In this document: in pieces, positions 29,274 to 38,835 of the stretch
How positions within the stretch are numbered: position 1 is the first letter of the stretch
Layout: every line of letters begins with the position of its first letter
NCBI GenBank assembly: GCA_008080745.1
Contig: SHMX01000003.1
Location: 94,971-158,970, forward strand
DNA length: 64,000 nucleotides
From: Candidatus Thorarchaeota archaeon
GTDB taxonomy: Archaea > Asgardarchaeota > Thorarchaeia > Thorarchaeales > Thorarchaeaceae
Reading direction: 5' to 3'
Notes under the pieces: model-generated
Database searches by the model: none
What the model saw: only the letters and a program-made list of their open reading frames with translations
What the model was told of the DNA's origin: nothing
Translations under genes and position numbers: made by a program

Positions 29274-30041
29274 TTGATGTTGATGCGAGTTACTATGTTA
29301 GGAACTGGTACATCGATGCCAGACCCAGAGAGAGTCCAATCTGGGATAATGATTCAGACAGAGAAACACACCTTTCTGATGGATTTAGGATCAGGAGTCC
29401 TTCAGAGATTGGTGAGTTCTGGCGTGGATATCACAAGGATAGAGAATGTCTTTCTCAGTCACTTTCATGTTGACCATTGTTCTGATTTCCCTTCATTTTG
29501 TCAAAGTATGTGGCTGGCAGGTTTTGATAAGACACTACATCTCCATGCCCCCCCACAAGTGGACGAGTGGTCAAGGGGCGTTAGGGAGATTGGTTATCCT
29601 TATCTTCTAGAAAAATTGGATGTGAAAATACATCATCTCACCGAAGAAAGTGTAGTCCATATTGGGAGATGTAAAATAACCAACATCCCCACAAAGCATG
29701 GCTCAATGGATGCACGTGCATTCAAAATGGAATGCAATACAGAATCTATTGTGTACAGCTCAGATACTGCACCCTTTGAGGAATTCATAGAGTTCGCCAA
29801 AGGTGCCGACCTGCTTATTCACGAATGTAATTGGCTTGATGGTGAATACCCCAAAGAGGTTCATACCAGTCCCTCTGAATTGCATGCAATAGTAAAAGCT
29901 GTCAAACCAAAGAAAGTGGTTGTTACCCATGTTTCACCACAAGTGGCCAATGATTGGGACCAAGTACATGCAATTATCTCAGATGGAATTGATGCAGAAG
30001 TCATCCTGGGAGAGGATTTGTTGGCACTAGAAGTATTATAA
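29274..30041 (+). CDS. Metallo-beta-lactamase-fold hydrolase (RNase Z/ElaC-like)
   Basis: MLGTGTSMPDPER followed by SHFHVDHCSD (HxHxDH motif); real start probably the internal ATG giving MRVTMLGTG or MLGTG. Confidence 0.7.
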   Translation: MMLMRVTMLGTGTSMPDPERVQSGIMIQTEKHTFLMDLGSGVLQRLVSSGVDITRIENVFLSHFHVDHCSDFPSFCQSMWLAGFDKTLHLHAPPQVDEWSRGVREIGYPYLLEKLDVKIHHLTEESVVHIGRCKITNIPTKHGSMDARAFKMECNTESIVYSSDTAPFEEFIEFAKGADLLIHECNWLDGEYPKEVHTSPSELHAIVKAVKPKKVVVTHVSPQVANDWDQVHAIISDGIDAEVILGEDLLALEVL

Positions 30042-30119
30042 TGCATAAATAACAAGCTAATAATACAACGTAGTTTTGTACCTAACATGAGGATTTATTA
30101 GGGAATAATCCTTGTAACA

Positions 30120-30245
30120 CATGCGGCGAGTTTGTAATTAAGACTACATAACAAACTAAGGCGAGGAGCTAACTTAGTTTTTCGTTACATGCCCTCAATT
30201 ACGAAACTCCCCCCTCCTACCACGAATGTCGGCTCCTCGTCACCT
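30120..30245. ncRNA. Candidate structured RNA (unclassified) in the 370-bp spacer between convergent genes
   Basis: Interleaved complementary segments: gagtttgtaatt (30128-30139) with aattacgaaactc (30198-30210); ggcgaggagc (30160-30169) with gctcctcgtc (30232-30241); aaactaag (30153-30160) with cttagttt (30173-30180). Strand and ends unknown. Confidence 0.2.
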
Positions 30246-30409
30246 TATTATTAATTAGCCACCTAACAAAGAGCTAGTTGGACGATTGTTCCACGCAACA
30301 ATACACAGATTGTCAATATACGTTCTGAGTATTAGTCACCGTATTCTTATTGATAAGATACCCATAGTTTTGAGTATGGATGAAATATCCATTAGATGAT
30401 TATTTCTGA

Positions 30410-30886
30410 TCAGATAAAATCAGTATAACGAATTTTCTCAGACTCATTATTGGGTTCATACATTTCGCGTACGTTGAGAGTTCCAAAAACGCTCATTAAA
30501 ATCCAAAGAGGGGATAATTCAGTCATAGTTGGGAGCTGAGGTATTAGCAAGGGAAGAGAATATTGGGAGAACCAATAGGCATTGATGGCAAGAAACCCGA
30601 ACCAGAAGATAGCATGAATTGCATTGAAATACGTGGCTTTTCTGGGAAAGCTACTATTGAGATTTTCAAGAATATCCTTGGTATTGTATCCGTGCCATAC
30701 TAACAGAAATACCATGAACATAGTTAGAAGAGGATACCCACCGAGCCACAATAGCCCATATGATACTGCAAGTGCACCACATAATAGAATCCATGTTACC
30801 ATGGGATTGAAATCTTTACGTACGTCTTGTGGCTTTTCATCCTCAGATGAGGGATTGGATTCGGTGGATTCACGTTCTTCAGTCAA
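30410..30886 (-). CDS. Small 4-TM membrane protein (paralog of 30987-31439)
   Basis: Acidic N-terminal tail then a shared FNP(M/L)VT motif and matching TM layout with the neighbouring gene. Confidence 0.45.
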   Translation of the reverse strand: MTEERESTESNPSSEDEKPQDVRKDFNPMVTWILLCGALAVSYGLLWLGGYPLLTMFMVFLLVWHGYNTKDILENLNSSFPRKATYFNAIHAIFWFGFLAINAYWFSQYSLPLLIPQLPTMTELSPLWILMSVFGTLNVREMYEPNNESEKIRYTDFI

Positions 30887-30986
30887 TTGGGAAGCACTGA
30901 GGTCAGTAGGTGGTTGTACTTATAATACAGAAGGTAGTTGCAAAAAATACTAATGTATTTAGTTCGTAAAGGTAGTCCCAAGCTGG

Positions 30987-31439
30987 TTATTTATCGGGTC
31001 TGAACATTCTGATGATATTAGCATTACCAAATATTGCTACCATTACGAAAAGAGGACAGACAAGAGTGAGATTCTCTATCTGTGGAAGTATGAGAATCTG
31101 ACCATATTGCTGAATGAAATAACCATTGATAGCAAGTATGAGGAATGCAGCTAAGGATTGAATCATATTGAAAATTGCACCCCTACGAGCAAGAGGGTAG
31201 CTGTATCGCTGAAGGATATAGTGTGTTTCCCTACCTAGGTTGATCAAGAAAATGAGAACGACAGTAATCAACGCAGGATATCCAAGGATATAGAAAGATC
31301 CATACCCTACAAAAATCATCATTATCATCTTCAGATAGGTAACCAATGGGTTGAAGTACCGTTTTTCAGAGGGCTCTAAATCATCCAGGGATTTTCGAAG
31401 TTCCTCCTCACGATCTTCGTTTCGTTCATCGTCCATCAA
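30987..31439 (-). CDS. Small 4-TM membrane protein (paralog of 30410-30886)
   Basis: Same architecture (acidic N-tail, YFNPLVTY, four TM); tandem duplication. Confidence 0.45.
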   Translation of the reverse strand: MMDDERNEDREEELRKSLDDLEPSEKRYFNPLVTYLKMIMMIFVGYGSFYILGYPALITVVLIFLINLGRETHYILQRYSYPLARRGAIFNMIQSLAAFLILAINGYFIQQYGQILILPQIENLTLVCPLFVMVAIFGNANIIRMFRPDK

Positions 31440-31531
31440 AGAAGTTCACAGGAAGTAGAGTGGTTTTTTCTTAATAATATAGTCCATAACAGCAAGAGAA
31501 CGAATTTTTATTCGCGGACTATGCCATGTGA

Positions 31532-32470
31532 ATGTTTAAAACGTATCAGATTATGATAAGGCCCAGTACTCGATTTACGGGTGTAATTAGCATGGCAGAT
31601 GCAATTGAGTGGACCAACGCTGGCCCAGACCAAATAGTTTGGCGATATCCCGACAATAGAATTGACTGGGGAAGCCAACTAATTGTTCTAGAAAATCAGG
31701 CAGCAATATTTTACCGAGATGGAAAAGCACTAGATACTTTCCTAGCTGGTCGTCACAAGTTGACTACTAGCAGCATGCCTAGTTTGGTCGGCTGGTTACA
31801 GAAGAAGATAAAGGGCGACGTCTTTCAGGCCACATGTATATTCCTGTCCAGAGGACAGTTCCAGGGCAAATTTGGTGGAAGAGGACAAACTAGTGACCTC
31901 GCACCACTGATGTTCCACGGGAATTTCTGGTTCAGGGTAAAGGAGCCCAAGATCTTTACGAATGAAGTAGTAGGCAATCAAAATGCATTTTCAACCAAGA
32001 AAATCAATGATTTCCTCCGTGCGTTCATGAATGAAAGAATCATTGATGAATTTGCACACTACGATTTACAAGCAGTCTTTACTCGACTCGATGAAACCTC
32101 ACTTAAGGTCAAGACCAAAGTGAGAATGAACTTTGAGAGAATTGGACTCGAACTTGTTGATCTCAAATTCGAGGGTATCGATACGACTGAGAAATACAGA
32201 GAGCGACTTTTCTGGCTCCGAACTGGTGGTGTTGGTGGAAGCCAACTAGCTGGAATGGAAACCATGAAAGGTGCAGCAGAGTCTCTTGGTAAGAGTCCTG
32301 GTGCAGGCTTTGGTGCAGGAGCAGCCATGATGGGCGCAATGGGCGGCATGATGGGTGGTCAGCAACAGGGCGGAGGAGGAGCCCCAGCGGGTTCTAAATT
32401 CTGTCCTAACTGTGGTACTCAGCTAAATGGTGCCAAGTTCTGTCCAAACTGCGGAACAAAGATCGGATAA
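31532..32470 (+). CDS. SPFH/Band-7 family protein (Band_7_1 type) with Gly-rich linker and C-terminal double zinc ribbon
   Basis: N-terminal AIEWTNAGPDQIVWRYPDNRIDWGSQLIVLENQAAIFYRDGKALDTF matches the Band_7_1 opening; C-terminus GGGGAPAGSKFCPNCGTQLNGAKFCPNCGTK. Confidence 0.65.
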   Translation: MFKTYQIMIRPSTRFTGVISMADAIEWTNAGPDQIVWRYPDNRIDWGSQLIVLENQAAIFYRDGKALDTFLAGRHKLTTSSMPSLVGWLQKKIKGDVFQATCIFLSRGQFQGKFGGRGQTSDLAPLMFHGNFWFRVKEPKIFTNEVVGNQNAFSTKKINDFLRAFMNERIIDEFAHYDLQAVFTRLDETSLKVKTKVRMNFERIGLELVDLKFEGIDTTEKYRERLFWLRTGGVGGSQLAGMETMKGAAESLGKSPGAGFGAGAAMMGAMGGMMGGQQQGGGGAPAGSKFCPNCGTQLNGAKFCPNCGTKIG

Positions 32471-32478
32471 TCAGCTAA

Positions 32479-32517
32479 GGAGGACTTATGTCCTCCCAAG
32501 GTTTTCTTTTTTCTTTC
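32479..32517 (+). terminator. Hairpin (ggaggac-ttat-gtcctcc) + T-rich tract
   Basis: Perfect 7-bp stem then gttttcttttttctttc right after the SPFH gene stop. Confidence 0.55.
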
Positions 32518-32557
32518 ATCAACTCTCTTCAGAGAGTGAAAGTTATGATAGTTTTGA

Positions 32558-35053
32558 ATGTTTGAACCGAAAGGAAGATTAGCATCCACTTATTCTTCTC
32601 GATTAATGTCTGAATCTAGTAGCAACAACATGAGAGAATATCTTAAAGCTCAAACAAAAGAATTTGAGATTGATGTAGGCTCTGAAAAAATTCAGATTAA
32701 TTATGATACTAAAACAAGGACGATCATCATTGAACATTATTTAGGGGAAATAGAAGATATTTTTAGAAATCTAAGAGGTCGCTATCTATTCGATTATGCT
32801 ATCTTCTTAGATGAGACCACAAAAATAATTCAAAATTTTGGAAGATGCCATGTCATCCAATTTGATAGTCCCGATGAAATTGAATCATTGCAACATATAG
32901 AACAATTGTTTAAGAGAGAGCTCTTGGACAAAGATATAGTAAAACAACTGTGGGACATCTTAGATAGTTATTCTAAGGAAAGCAATAACATTACCAATAA
33001 CGACTTGATCAAATTAGCAAAGACACTTTTTCATTTCCTGCTGAAACATTTTCTAATCGAACAGTTCAAACAAACTCCAGATTGGATTGATTTGATAGAT
33101 GTTGAGCTAGACCAAAGATATATTCAAGTTTTGAAGAAATTACGAAAAAATATTCCCACTGATTTCGAATTTGCACAATTGTTACAACCGTCTTATCCAC
33201 CGAGATATCTAGAACTCCTCTATGAAATGGTTATTATCCCACTGATTGCTCTGAATAAGGGAGATTCTCATCATAGCGATAAAATCGATTTACGGATATT
33301 GAGAAAAGGAACAGGATCATTTTATACTCCACAAGAGATTGCACATAGAATTACCTCTCGAACGCTTTCATCTTGGCTGAAAGACCAAACGAATCTTGAC
33401 GTGTATGATATCTCAAAAGTACAAGATATCTCCGAATCAGTTCGAGAAGAGGCTATTAGAAAATTAAAAGAGATCAGAATTATTGATCCAGCAGTTGGAG
33501 CGGGAGCATTTCTCTTGGCAGCTGCAGAATGGCTCTTCATTGCAAGGCGGGTCTTAGGAGATACGACGCCTAAAGAGAGAATTCGTGCGGAAATAGTGAC
33601 GAATAACCTACATGGAGTCGATATACAAGTTGATTCTCGTGATACAACTAGTAAACTGCTTTTGCTCTGGAGTGGAGTACATCATAACATTCAATCAAGT
33701 ATTTTTCAGAGTACTATAAAATGCGGGAATAGTCTGATAGGATCTGTTCGGAGGGAAACAGGGTTCAGTCATCATGGTTATCCTTTCGATTGGTGGAGAG
33801 AATTTCCTGCGGTGATGAAAAAGAATCAAGGTTTTGATGTGGTCCTGGGTAATCCACCCTATGGTAATATTATAGACCCGACTGAGAAGACACAAGTTTT
33901 GAACTATCAAATATGTGACGTTAGTTCTGGAAGAACCGGAAGTTGGAATGCTGCACCCTTATTCGTAGTTCGTTCTACAGATTTATTGAGAGATGGTGGC
34001 TTTCTAGGATTGCTACTACCCAATAGTATTCTGAGGGTTACACAATTTACAAAAGTTCGGAAATTTATTCTGGATAATCTAACACCCATAATAATTATTG
34101 ATGAGGCTAGACCTCTAGCTGATGTTACTTTGGAGATGTTTAGTTTTATTGCGAAGAAAGCACAGAATGTTTCAACTGATGTGGATATCATTTCGAAACG
34201 CACTGATGTGAAATTTCATCACTCTGTTTCAGTTGAAAAATTACGAAAAACCGATATTATCGTAATGTATTATGACGATCTATTAGATGATTTACTTAGA
34301 AGGGGGAAGATAGGCCTCATGAAAGCATCACGAGGTGCTGATATACCTAAGAAATTTGTAAGAACAAAGAAGATTGATGGATTTCATATCCCATATATCA
34401 CATCAGGAAGAAGTGTAAAGAAATTTAGAATCGATCAGAAGTATCTACGATATGCTAATGAATGGTATCACAATAAGCCCTCTCTACTTTATTCTTATGA
34501 GAATGAACTTCTCGTTGCTACTAAGAATTATCCATTTCCGCGGTGCATGATAAAATCTCCTGGCATGATACATGGTGGGGGAATAGTAAGTATAGAGATG
34601 TCTGAGGAATATGATTCTCGAACGGTAGGGCTAATACTAAACTCACGACTAATCCAGTATATCTGCGTCAGATACTTTACCAACTACTCACAGCTTACAA
34701 CGTGTCTAAATACAGGTATCATGGAGAATATTCCAATTATCTATCCTGACGAACCAAAACTTTTCAAACTTATTTTTAATGAACTTGAAACAATCTATAA
34801 GAAAGGAGATAAATTTTCTCAAAAGAGGAGGATTCTAGAGGAGATAGCTAATGCCTTAGTTTATGAACTGTATCTATTTGAGGATACAAGTTTATCAGAA
34901 CGGCTTTCTGATCGTATGCAGTATTATGTAATTGGGGATGCGCTAGAAAGAGGGGAAATACTATCACACATCTTAGATGACCCTAGGATAAAGGAGATTT
35001 TTAGAAATCACATTGTAAAAAGGATTGAAACAGCTCCAAGAATGAATCATTGA
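32558..35053 (+). CDS. N6-adenine DNA methyltransferase, gamma-class (Eco57I/TaqI-like), 831 aa with about 250-aa N-terminal and about 350-aa C-terminal extra domains
   Basis: GSFYTPQEIAH (motif X), IIDPAVGAGAFLLAA (motif I, AdoMet binding), VVLGNPPYGNI (motif IV NPPY). Gene is visibly more AT-rich than its neighbours. Confidence 0.75.
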   Translation: MFEPKGRLASTYSSRLMSESSSNNMREYLKAQTKEFEIDVGSEKIQINYDTKTRTIIIEHYLGEIEDIFRNLRGRYLFDYAIFLDETTKIIQNFGRCHVIQFDSPDEIESLQHIEQLFKRELLDKDIVKQLWDILDSYSKESNNITNNDLIKLAKTLFHFLLKHFLIEQFKQTPDWIDLIDVELDQRYIQVLKKLRKNIPTDFEFAQLLQPSYPPRYLELLYEMVIIPLIALNKGDSHHSDKIDLRILRKGTGSFYTPQEIAHRITSRTLSSWLKDQTNLDVYDISKVQDISESVREEAIRKLKEIRIIDPAVGAGAFLLAAAEWLFIARRVLGDTTPKERIRAEIVTNNLHGVDIQVDSRDTTSKLLLLWSGVHHNIQSSIFQSTIKCGNSLIGSVRRETGFSHHGYPFDWWREFPAVMKKNQGFDVVLGNPPYGNIIDPTEKTQVLNYQICDVSSGRTGSWNAAPLFVVRSTDLLRDGGFLGLLLPNSILRVTQFTKVRKFILDNLTPIIIIDEARPLADVTLEMFSFIAKKAQNVSTDVDIISKRTDVKFHHSVSVEKLRKTDIIVMYYDDLLDDLLRRGKIGLMKASRGADIPKKFVRTKKIDGFHIPYITSGRSVKKFRIDQKYLRYANEWYHNKPSLLYSYENELLVATKNYPFPRCMIKSPGMIHGGGIVSIEMSEEYDSRTVGLILNSRLIQYICVRYFTNYSQLTTCLNTGIMENIPIIYPDEPKLFKLIFNELETIYKKGDKFSQKRRILEEIANALVYELYLFEDTSLSERLSDRMQYYVIGDALERGEILSHILDDPRIKEIFRNHIVKRIETAPRMNH

Positions 35054-35103
35054 TATTTCGTTGATGCTGAGGCTTATATAGTCCTTAGCTTTGGTCTTCA
35101 TGA

Positions 35104-35712
35104 TTGATAATGGAAGAACATGATGATAGTAAGACTGATGATTCAGAAGATATGGCATCAGATATTGTTGATTCGGTTCTTGACGATTCTGAAGCTGATG
35201 ATGACGGTCTCAGCAGCAGAGAAAGAAGTGTCGAAGAACTGAAAGAAGCTGACCGTATAGCAAAGGCCAAACAGTTACGTAAGCAGTTGAGACTCCGAGA
35301 ACTTGGTATTTTACGATATAGATGGCCCTCTGCAATCCTCATTATTGCAGGGATTATATCAATATGGACAGAATTTCTTCCAGTACTCAATCAGCCTGAT
35401 GCAATATATCAATTCAACACCTTCTATGAAGCATTCCTATTAGACCCGAATGTTTTCTGGATATTTCCAATAATAGCTGGTGTGATCTATATAGTACTTG
35501 GAATATTCGCTTATTTTGATTCACGAGCACCGTGGTTGGCAGTATTCCCAGCTATGATGATTGTCATGGCAGGTGCCTTTGTTTACATGATTGTGTCAAT
35601 TGCATACTATGCAGATCCAACAACAACCGTATCAGCTACTCAGACACCAATTTCGATGATAATCATGGGACTGGTTGGCTTAGCGGCCATATTCATGAGG
35701 GAAAAGGAATAG
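35104..35712 (+). CDS. Membrane protein with acidic N-terminal tail (202 aa, 4 TM)
   Basis: DDSKTDDSEDMASDIVDS acidic leader, then hydrophobic segments. Confidence 0.45.
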   Translation: MIMEEHDDSKTDDSEDMASDIVDSVLDDSEADDDGLSSRERSVEELKEADRIAKAKQLRKQLRLRELGILRYRWPSAILIIAGIISIWTEFLPVLNQPDAIYQFNTFYEAFLLDPNVFWIFPIIAGVIYIVLGIFAYFDSRAPWLAVFPAMMIVMAGAFVYMIVSIAYYADPTTTVSATQTPISMIIMGLVGLAAIFMREKE

Positions 35713-35731
35713 GAGTAACAAACTCCTTCTA

Positions 35732-36298
35732 CTATTTCAGGAATTCGTCCAGTTTTCCAGCTTCCTCAAGTTCCTCCATCCAGTCTATTCGAATAGGGTC
35801 TACATCAGCCTCAATAATAGAGAGAATCTCTTCAACGGTTTCGGGAGCTTTCATATCAGTAGTATCTATTTCGAAAACAATATCAGGATCAAAAACCTCA
35901 AGTGCATCCATCTGACAGACCCCAATAACCTCTGCCTCAACATTCTCTTGAATTTTGCTCTCAGGATAATCTCTCGTAGATAATCGATCTCTGAGTTCTC
36001 CTGGGTATACTCGAAGAATTATGACCAATTCAACTGAAGAACTGGGAACTAAATCAATATAATGGCCCTCGACAATAATTCGGCCTTTTTTATCTTCAAC
36101 TAAATCAATAAGAGCTTCAACCAGACAGTCCTCATCTATGATTCCAGTCTGACGAAATTTGTCTTCAGCTGAAATACACCCTGATTCGTCAGCAAATTCT
36201 CCCATGGAGATAACTTCACATCCCAGACGTGACCCAAGAATTTTTGCAACAGCTGTCTTACCAGTACCCGGAGTTCCACCAATGAGAATTACAGTCAT
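35732..36298 (-). CDS. Adenylate kinase isoenzyme 6 / Fap7-like P-loop NTPase
   Basis: MTVILIGGTPGTGKTAVAKILGSRLGCEVISMGEF Walker A and overall 188-aa size of archaeal AK6/Fap7; the track ORF starts further upstream at a non-ATG codon (36352). Confidence 0.7.
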   Translation of the reverse strand: MTVILIGGTPGTGKTAVAKILGSRLGCEVISMGEFADESGCISAEDKFRQTGIIDEDCLVEALIDLVEDKKGRIIVEGHYIDLVPSSSVELVIILRVYPGELRDRLSTRDYPESKIQENVEAEVIGVCQMDALEVFDPDIVFEIDTTDMKAPETVEEILSIIEADVDPIRIDWMEELEEAGKLDEFLK

Positions 36299-36415
36299 AT
36301 GGGGTGATTGATTAGACTGATAAATAAGGGAAGTGGAAGTGATAATTACCAATTCAGCTTATAAGACAAGATATCTACGTGGATATTGAAAAAAATAAAT
36401 CTGGAGTTGTAAATA

Positions 36416-37144
36416 ATGGATAGCGGTGAAGGATACAGAGGAAACAGACTATTACCAATAATAGTAATAATTACTTCGCTAATCCTTGCATTTGTATTTT
36501 GGTGGACTAATGGTGTCCTGGCTATTTTACTTCTGGTTATTGCCATGGCCAGTTGTATTATTTCTGCATGCCGCATTCCATTTGGCCCCTCGGAAGGAAC
36601 CCCTATAGTGATTCGTACTTCACAATCTCAAAGACGAACAAGAAGAAGAGTACGAAGGGAAGACCCTTTTGAACCAGAGCCAATTGCAATTGATGAAATA
36701 ATTAATTTTGAAGAGGCAGATACCTCCGAAGAGATTGGAGATATTGAACAAGATCTACCCATCGAGATAATCGATGGGATTGGGCAATCCTATGGTGCGC
36801 TGCTACGAGACATGAATATCGATGTCGTTAAGAAACTGACAGTAGTTGAACCCGAACTAATTCAGGATATATGTCAAATCGATAGAGAAACTGCTGAACA
36901 TTGGATTGCTGATGCCCAGTGTATTATTGAGGGTGCTAGAATCTATAGTATCTTAGAGCTCGCTATGTCAGAGCCTTCTGAGGTTCTCTTTAAGATTGAA
37001 AGGGCTATTGAGAAGGGAAAGCTAAACCTTCCTGAATCATATGAAATTAAGGAATGGAAGATACGACAATGGATTGATACTGCAAACGACATCATGTCCA
37101 CCATAAGCTCGGATGATATCAGAAGATGGAAAGGTGACCTATGA
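36416..37144 (+). CDS. Membrane-anchored protein with Arg-rich segment and HhH-like (DUF4332-like) domain
   Basis: Two N-terminal TM helices, RRTRRRVRRED, then IIDGIGQSYGALLRDMNIDVVKKL helix-hairpin-helix-like motif. Confidence 0.4.
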   Translation: MDSGEGYRGNRLLPIIVIITSLILAFVFWWTNGVLAILLLVIAMASCIISACRIPFGPSEGTPIVIRTSQSQRRTRRRVRREDPFEPEPIAIDEIINFEEADTSEEIGDIEQDLPIEIIDGIGQSYGALLRDMNIDVVKKLTVVEPELIQDICQIDRETAEHWIADAQCIIEGARIYSILELAMSEPSEVLFKIERAIEKGKLNLPESYEIKEWKIRQWIDTANDIMSTISSDDIRRWKGDL

Positions 37145-37241
37145 TAGCATTGGATATTTCGCTATCATGGACTATTCCACTACATAACGAATAAAAGAAG
37201 TAGGATTCCAATCAGAAAACACCAATGTCGAGGTTGATTGG

Positions 37242-37739
37242 ATGATCGAAGGGTGGTATATTAGACCATTTGAACGGAAGGATCTTCGTGAAGTAGTCAA
37301 AGTAAACAAATCATGTCTACCCGAGAACTATCCAGACCAATTCTTTATGGGACTATATCACCACGCTCCAAAAGCATTCTTGGTTGGTATTGATGATGAC
37401 ACTGTTGCAGGATACATCATGTGTAGAATTGAGAGAGGGGTTTCATCATTTGGAAGATTGCCAGTTAAGAAAGGACATATCGTATCCATAGCGGTTAAAC
37501 ACACCCATCGCAGAAAAGGCATTGGTTATGCGCTCATCAAAAAGGGAATGGAAGCTATGACCGAATATGGTGTTAGCGAATATTTTCTTGAGGTCAGAAA
37601 ATCAAATGAAGCGGCTATAGGAGTCTATGAGAAACTTGGATTCAGCATCAAACGAGTTCTCAAAGGATATTACCGCGATGGTGAAGATGCCTATTTGATG
37701 GCAAGAAAAGGAATTGACGAAGAACCTATTGAAGAGTGA
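37242..37739 (+). CDS. N-terminal acetyltransferase, GNAT family (Ard1/RimI-like)
   Basis: GNAT core HRRKGIGYALIKKGMEAM (Q/RxxGxG/A) and YEKLGF; size and sequence like archaeal Ard1. Confidence 0.7.
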   Translation: MIEGWYIRPFERKDLREVVKVNKSCLPENYPDQFFMGLYHHAPKAFLVGIDDDTVAGYIMCRIERGVSSFGRLPVKKGHIVSIAVKHTHRRKGIGYALIKKGMEAMTEYGVSEYFLEVRKSNEAAIGVYEKLGFSIKRVLKGYYRDGEDAYLMARKGIDEEPIEE

Positions 37740-38662
37740 TTGAAGTGAGCCAAGAACCAATACGAGTACCACTAATCCCAACTTGTTCTGCATGTATCAT
37801 AGACAGTCTTACAACACTTGTGCCGTTGCTTACAGATGATGCACACGAGCAATTCAGACTTTTCCAATTGGCATTCAAAAAATTAGCAGAAGGCTTTGAA
37901 AAACAGATTGAGCCTGCGCCCTTGTCAATTGAACTTTATCAGATGCTCTATACAGAAGCTAATGTTACAGATCCATATGAAGATATCAAACGAAGAAGCA
38001 TTCAAGCTGCGGAACAGGTGCTTCCCGCAGTAGAGAAACATATTGAAAATTTGGAGGGTTATGAACGACTTCGAGCAGGTATTGCTGCCGCCATAACTGG
38101 AAATGTCATCGATTTCAATACGGCAGGACACAGACCGGATTTTGACAAACTCGAAGATCAGTATCAGACAATTCTAGCAGAGGGTTTTGTTCTTGATGAC
38201 AGTGAGGAGCTTTGGTGGGCCATCAAGTCTCAAAAGGGTACAGTTGTATTTCTTGGAGATAATGCAGGAGAGAATCTCTTTGATATTCCTTTGCTTAGAA
38301 TCTTGAAAGACCATGGTTGGTACATCATCTATGTAGTAAAAGGGAAAGCTATGATCAACGATGCTACAGAAGAGGATCTGAAGGGGACTGAAATTGAAAA
38401 ACTAGCTGAAATCAAGAATTCGGGAGCATGGGCTCATGGAGTCCCAATGCAACTAGTAAGCAGAGAATTTCTTGAAACGATTGCTCAAGCAGACTTGGTG
38501 ATATCAAAAGGACAAGCCAATATTGAAACATTTCCAGAGATACAACGGGAACTCAAAGTTGAAACCTATTACATATCTCGTGCAAAATGTGTTCACATCT
38601 CGCAATCAATCGGTGCATCAAAAGGAGATAATATTGTTCTCAGAAGACCTGCAACAGAGTAA
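37736..38662 (+). CDS. DUF89 family metal-dependent phosphatase (ARMT1-like damage-control phosphatase)
   Basis: FLGDNAGE and SKGQANIE motifs characteristic of DUF89; start overlaps the acetyltransferase stop by 4 nt. Confidence 0.65.
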   Translation: MIEVSQEPIRVPLIPTCSACIIDSLTTLVPLLTDDAHEQFRLFQLAFKKLAEGFEKQIEPAPLSIELYQMLYTEANVTDPYEDIKRRSIQAAEQVLPAVEKHIENLEGYERLRAGIAAAITGNVIDFNTAGHRPDFDKLEDQYQTILAEGFVLDDSEELWWAIKSQKGTVVFLGDNAGENLFDIPLLRILKDHGWYIIYVVKGKAMINDATEEDLKGTEIEKLAEIKNSGAWAHGVPMQLVSREFLETIAQADLVISKGQANIETFPEIQRELKVETYYISRAKCVHISQSIGASKGDNIVLRRPATE

Positions 38663-38835
38663 ATTTGCAGGTCTGAAAACTTTTTTATTCAGAATGAATT
38701 TGTCCCAGATACACGTTGATTAAGCAACGACAGCCTTTTGACAAAATTTAAATGCAATTCTCACACGAAGTGCATGTACAGTTTTATCAGAACCTAGATA
38801 TAAGATAATGCTAGGTTTATGGAGGAACTAGATTA

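Noticed and set aside
30042-30409. Possible tRNA, SRP RNA or RNase P RNA in the long spacer
   Set aside because: No T-loop (GTTCGAATC-like), no SRP domain IV (GGAAGCAGC-like) and no RNase P P4 (GGAAAGTCC-like) signature found by eye; kept only as an unclassified structured-RNA candidate.
32558-35053. Methyltransferase as part of a BREX (PglX) or classic Type I/III system
   Set aside because: No PglZ, BrxC, HsdR/HsdS, Res or helicase genes adjacent; flanks are SPFH and membrane proteins.
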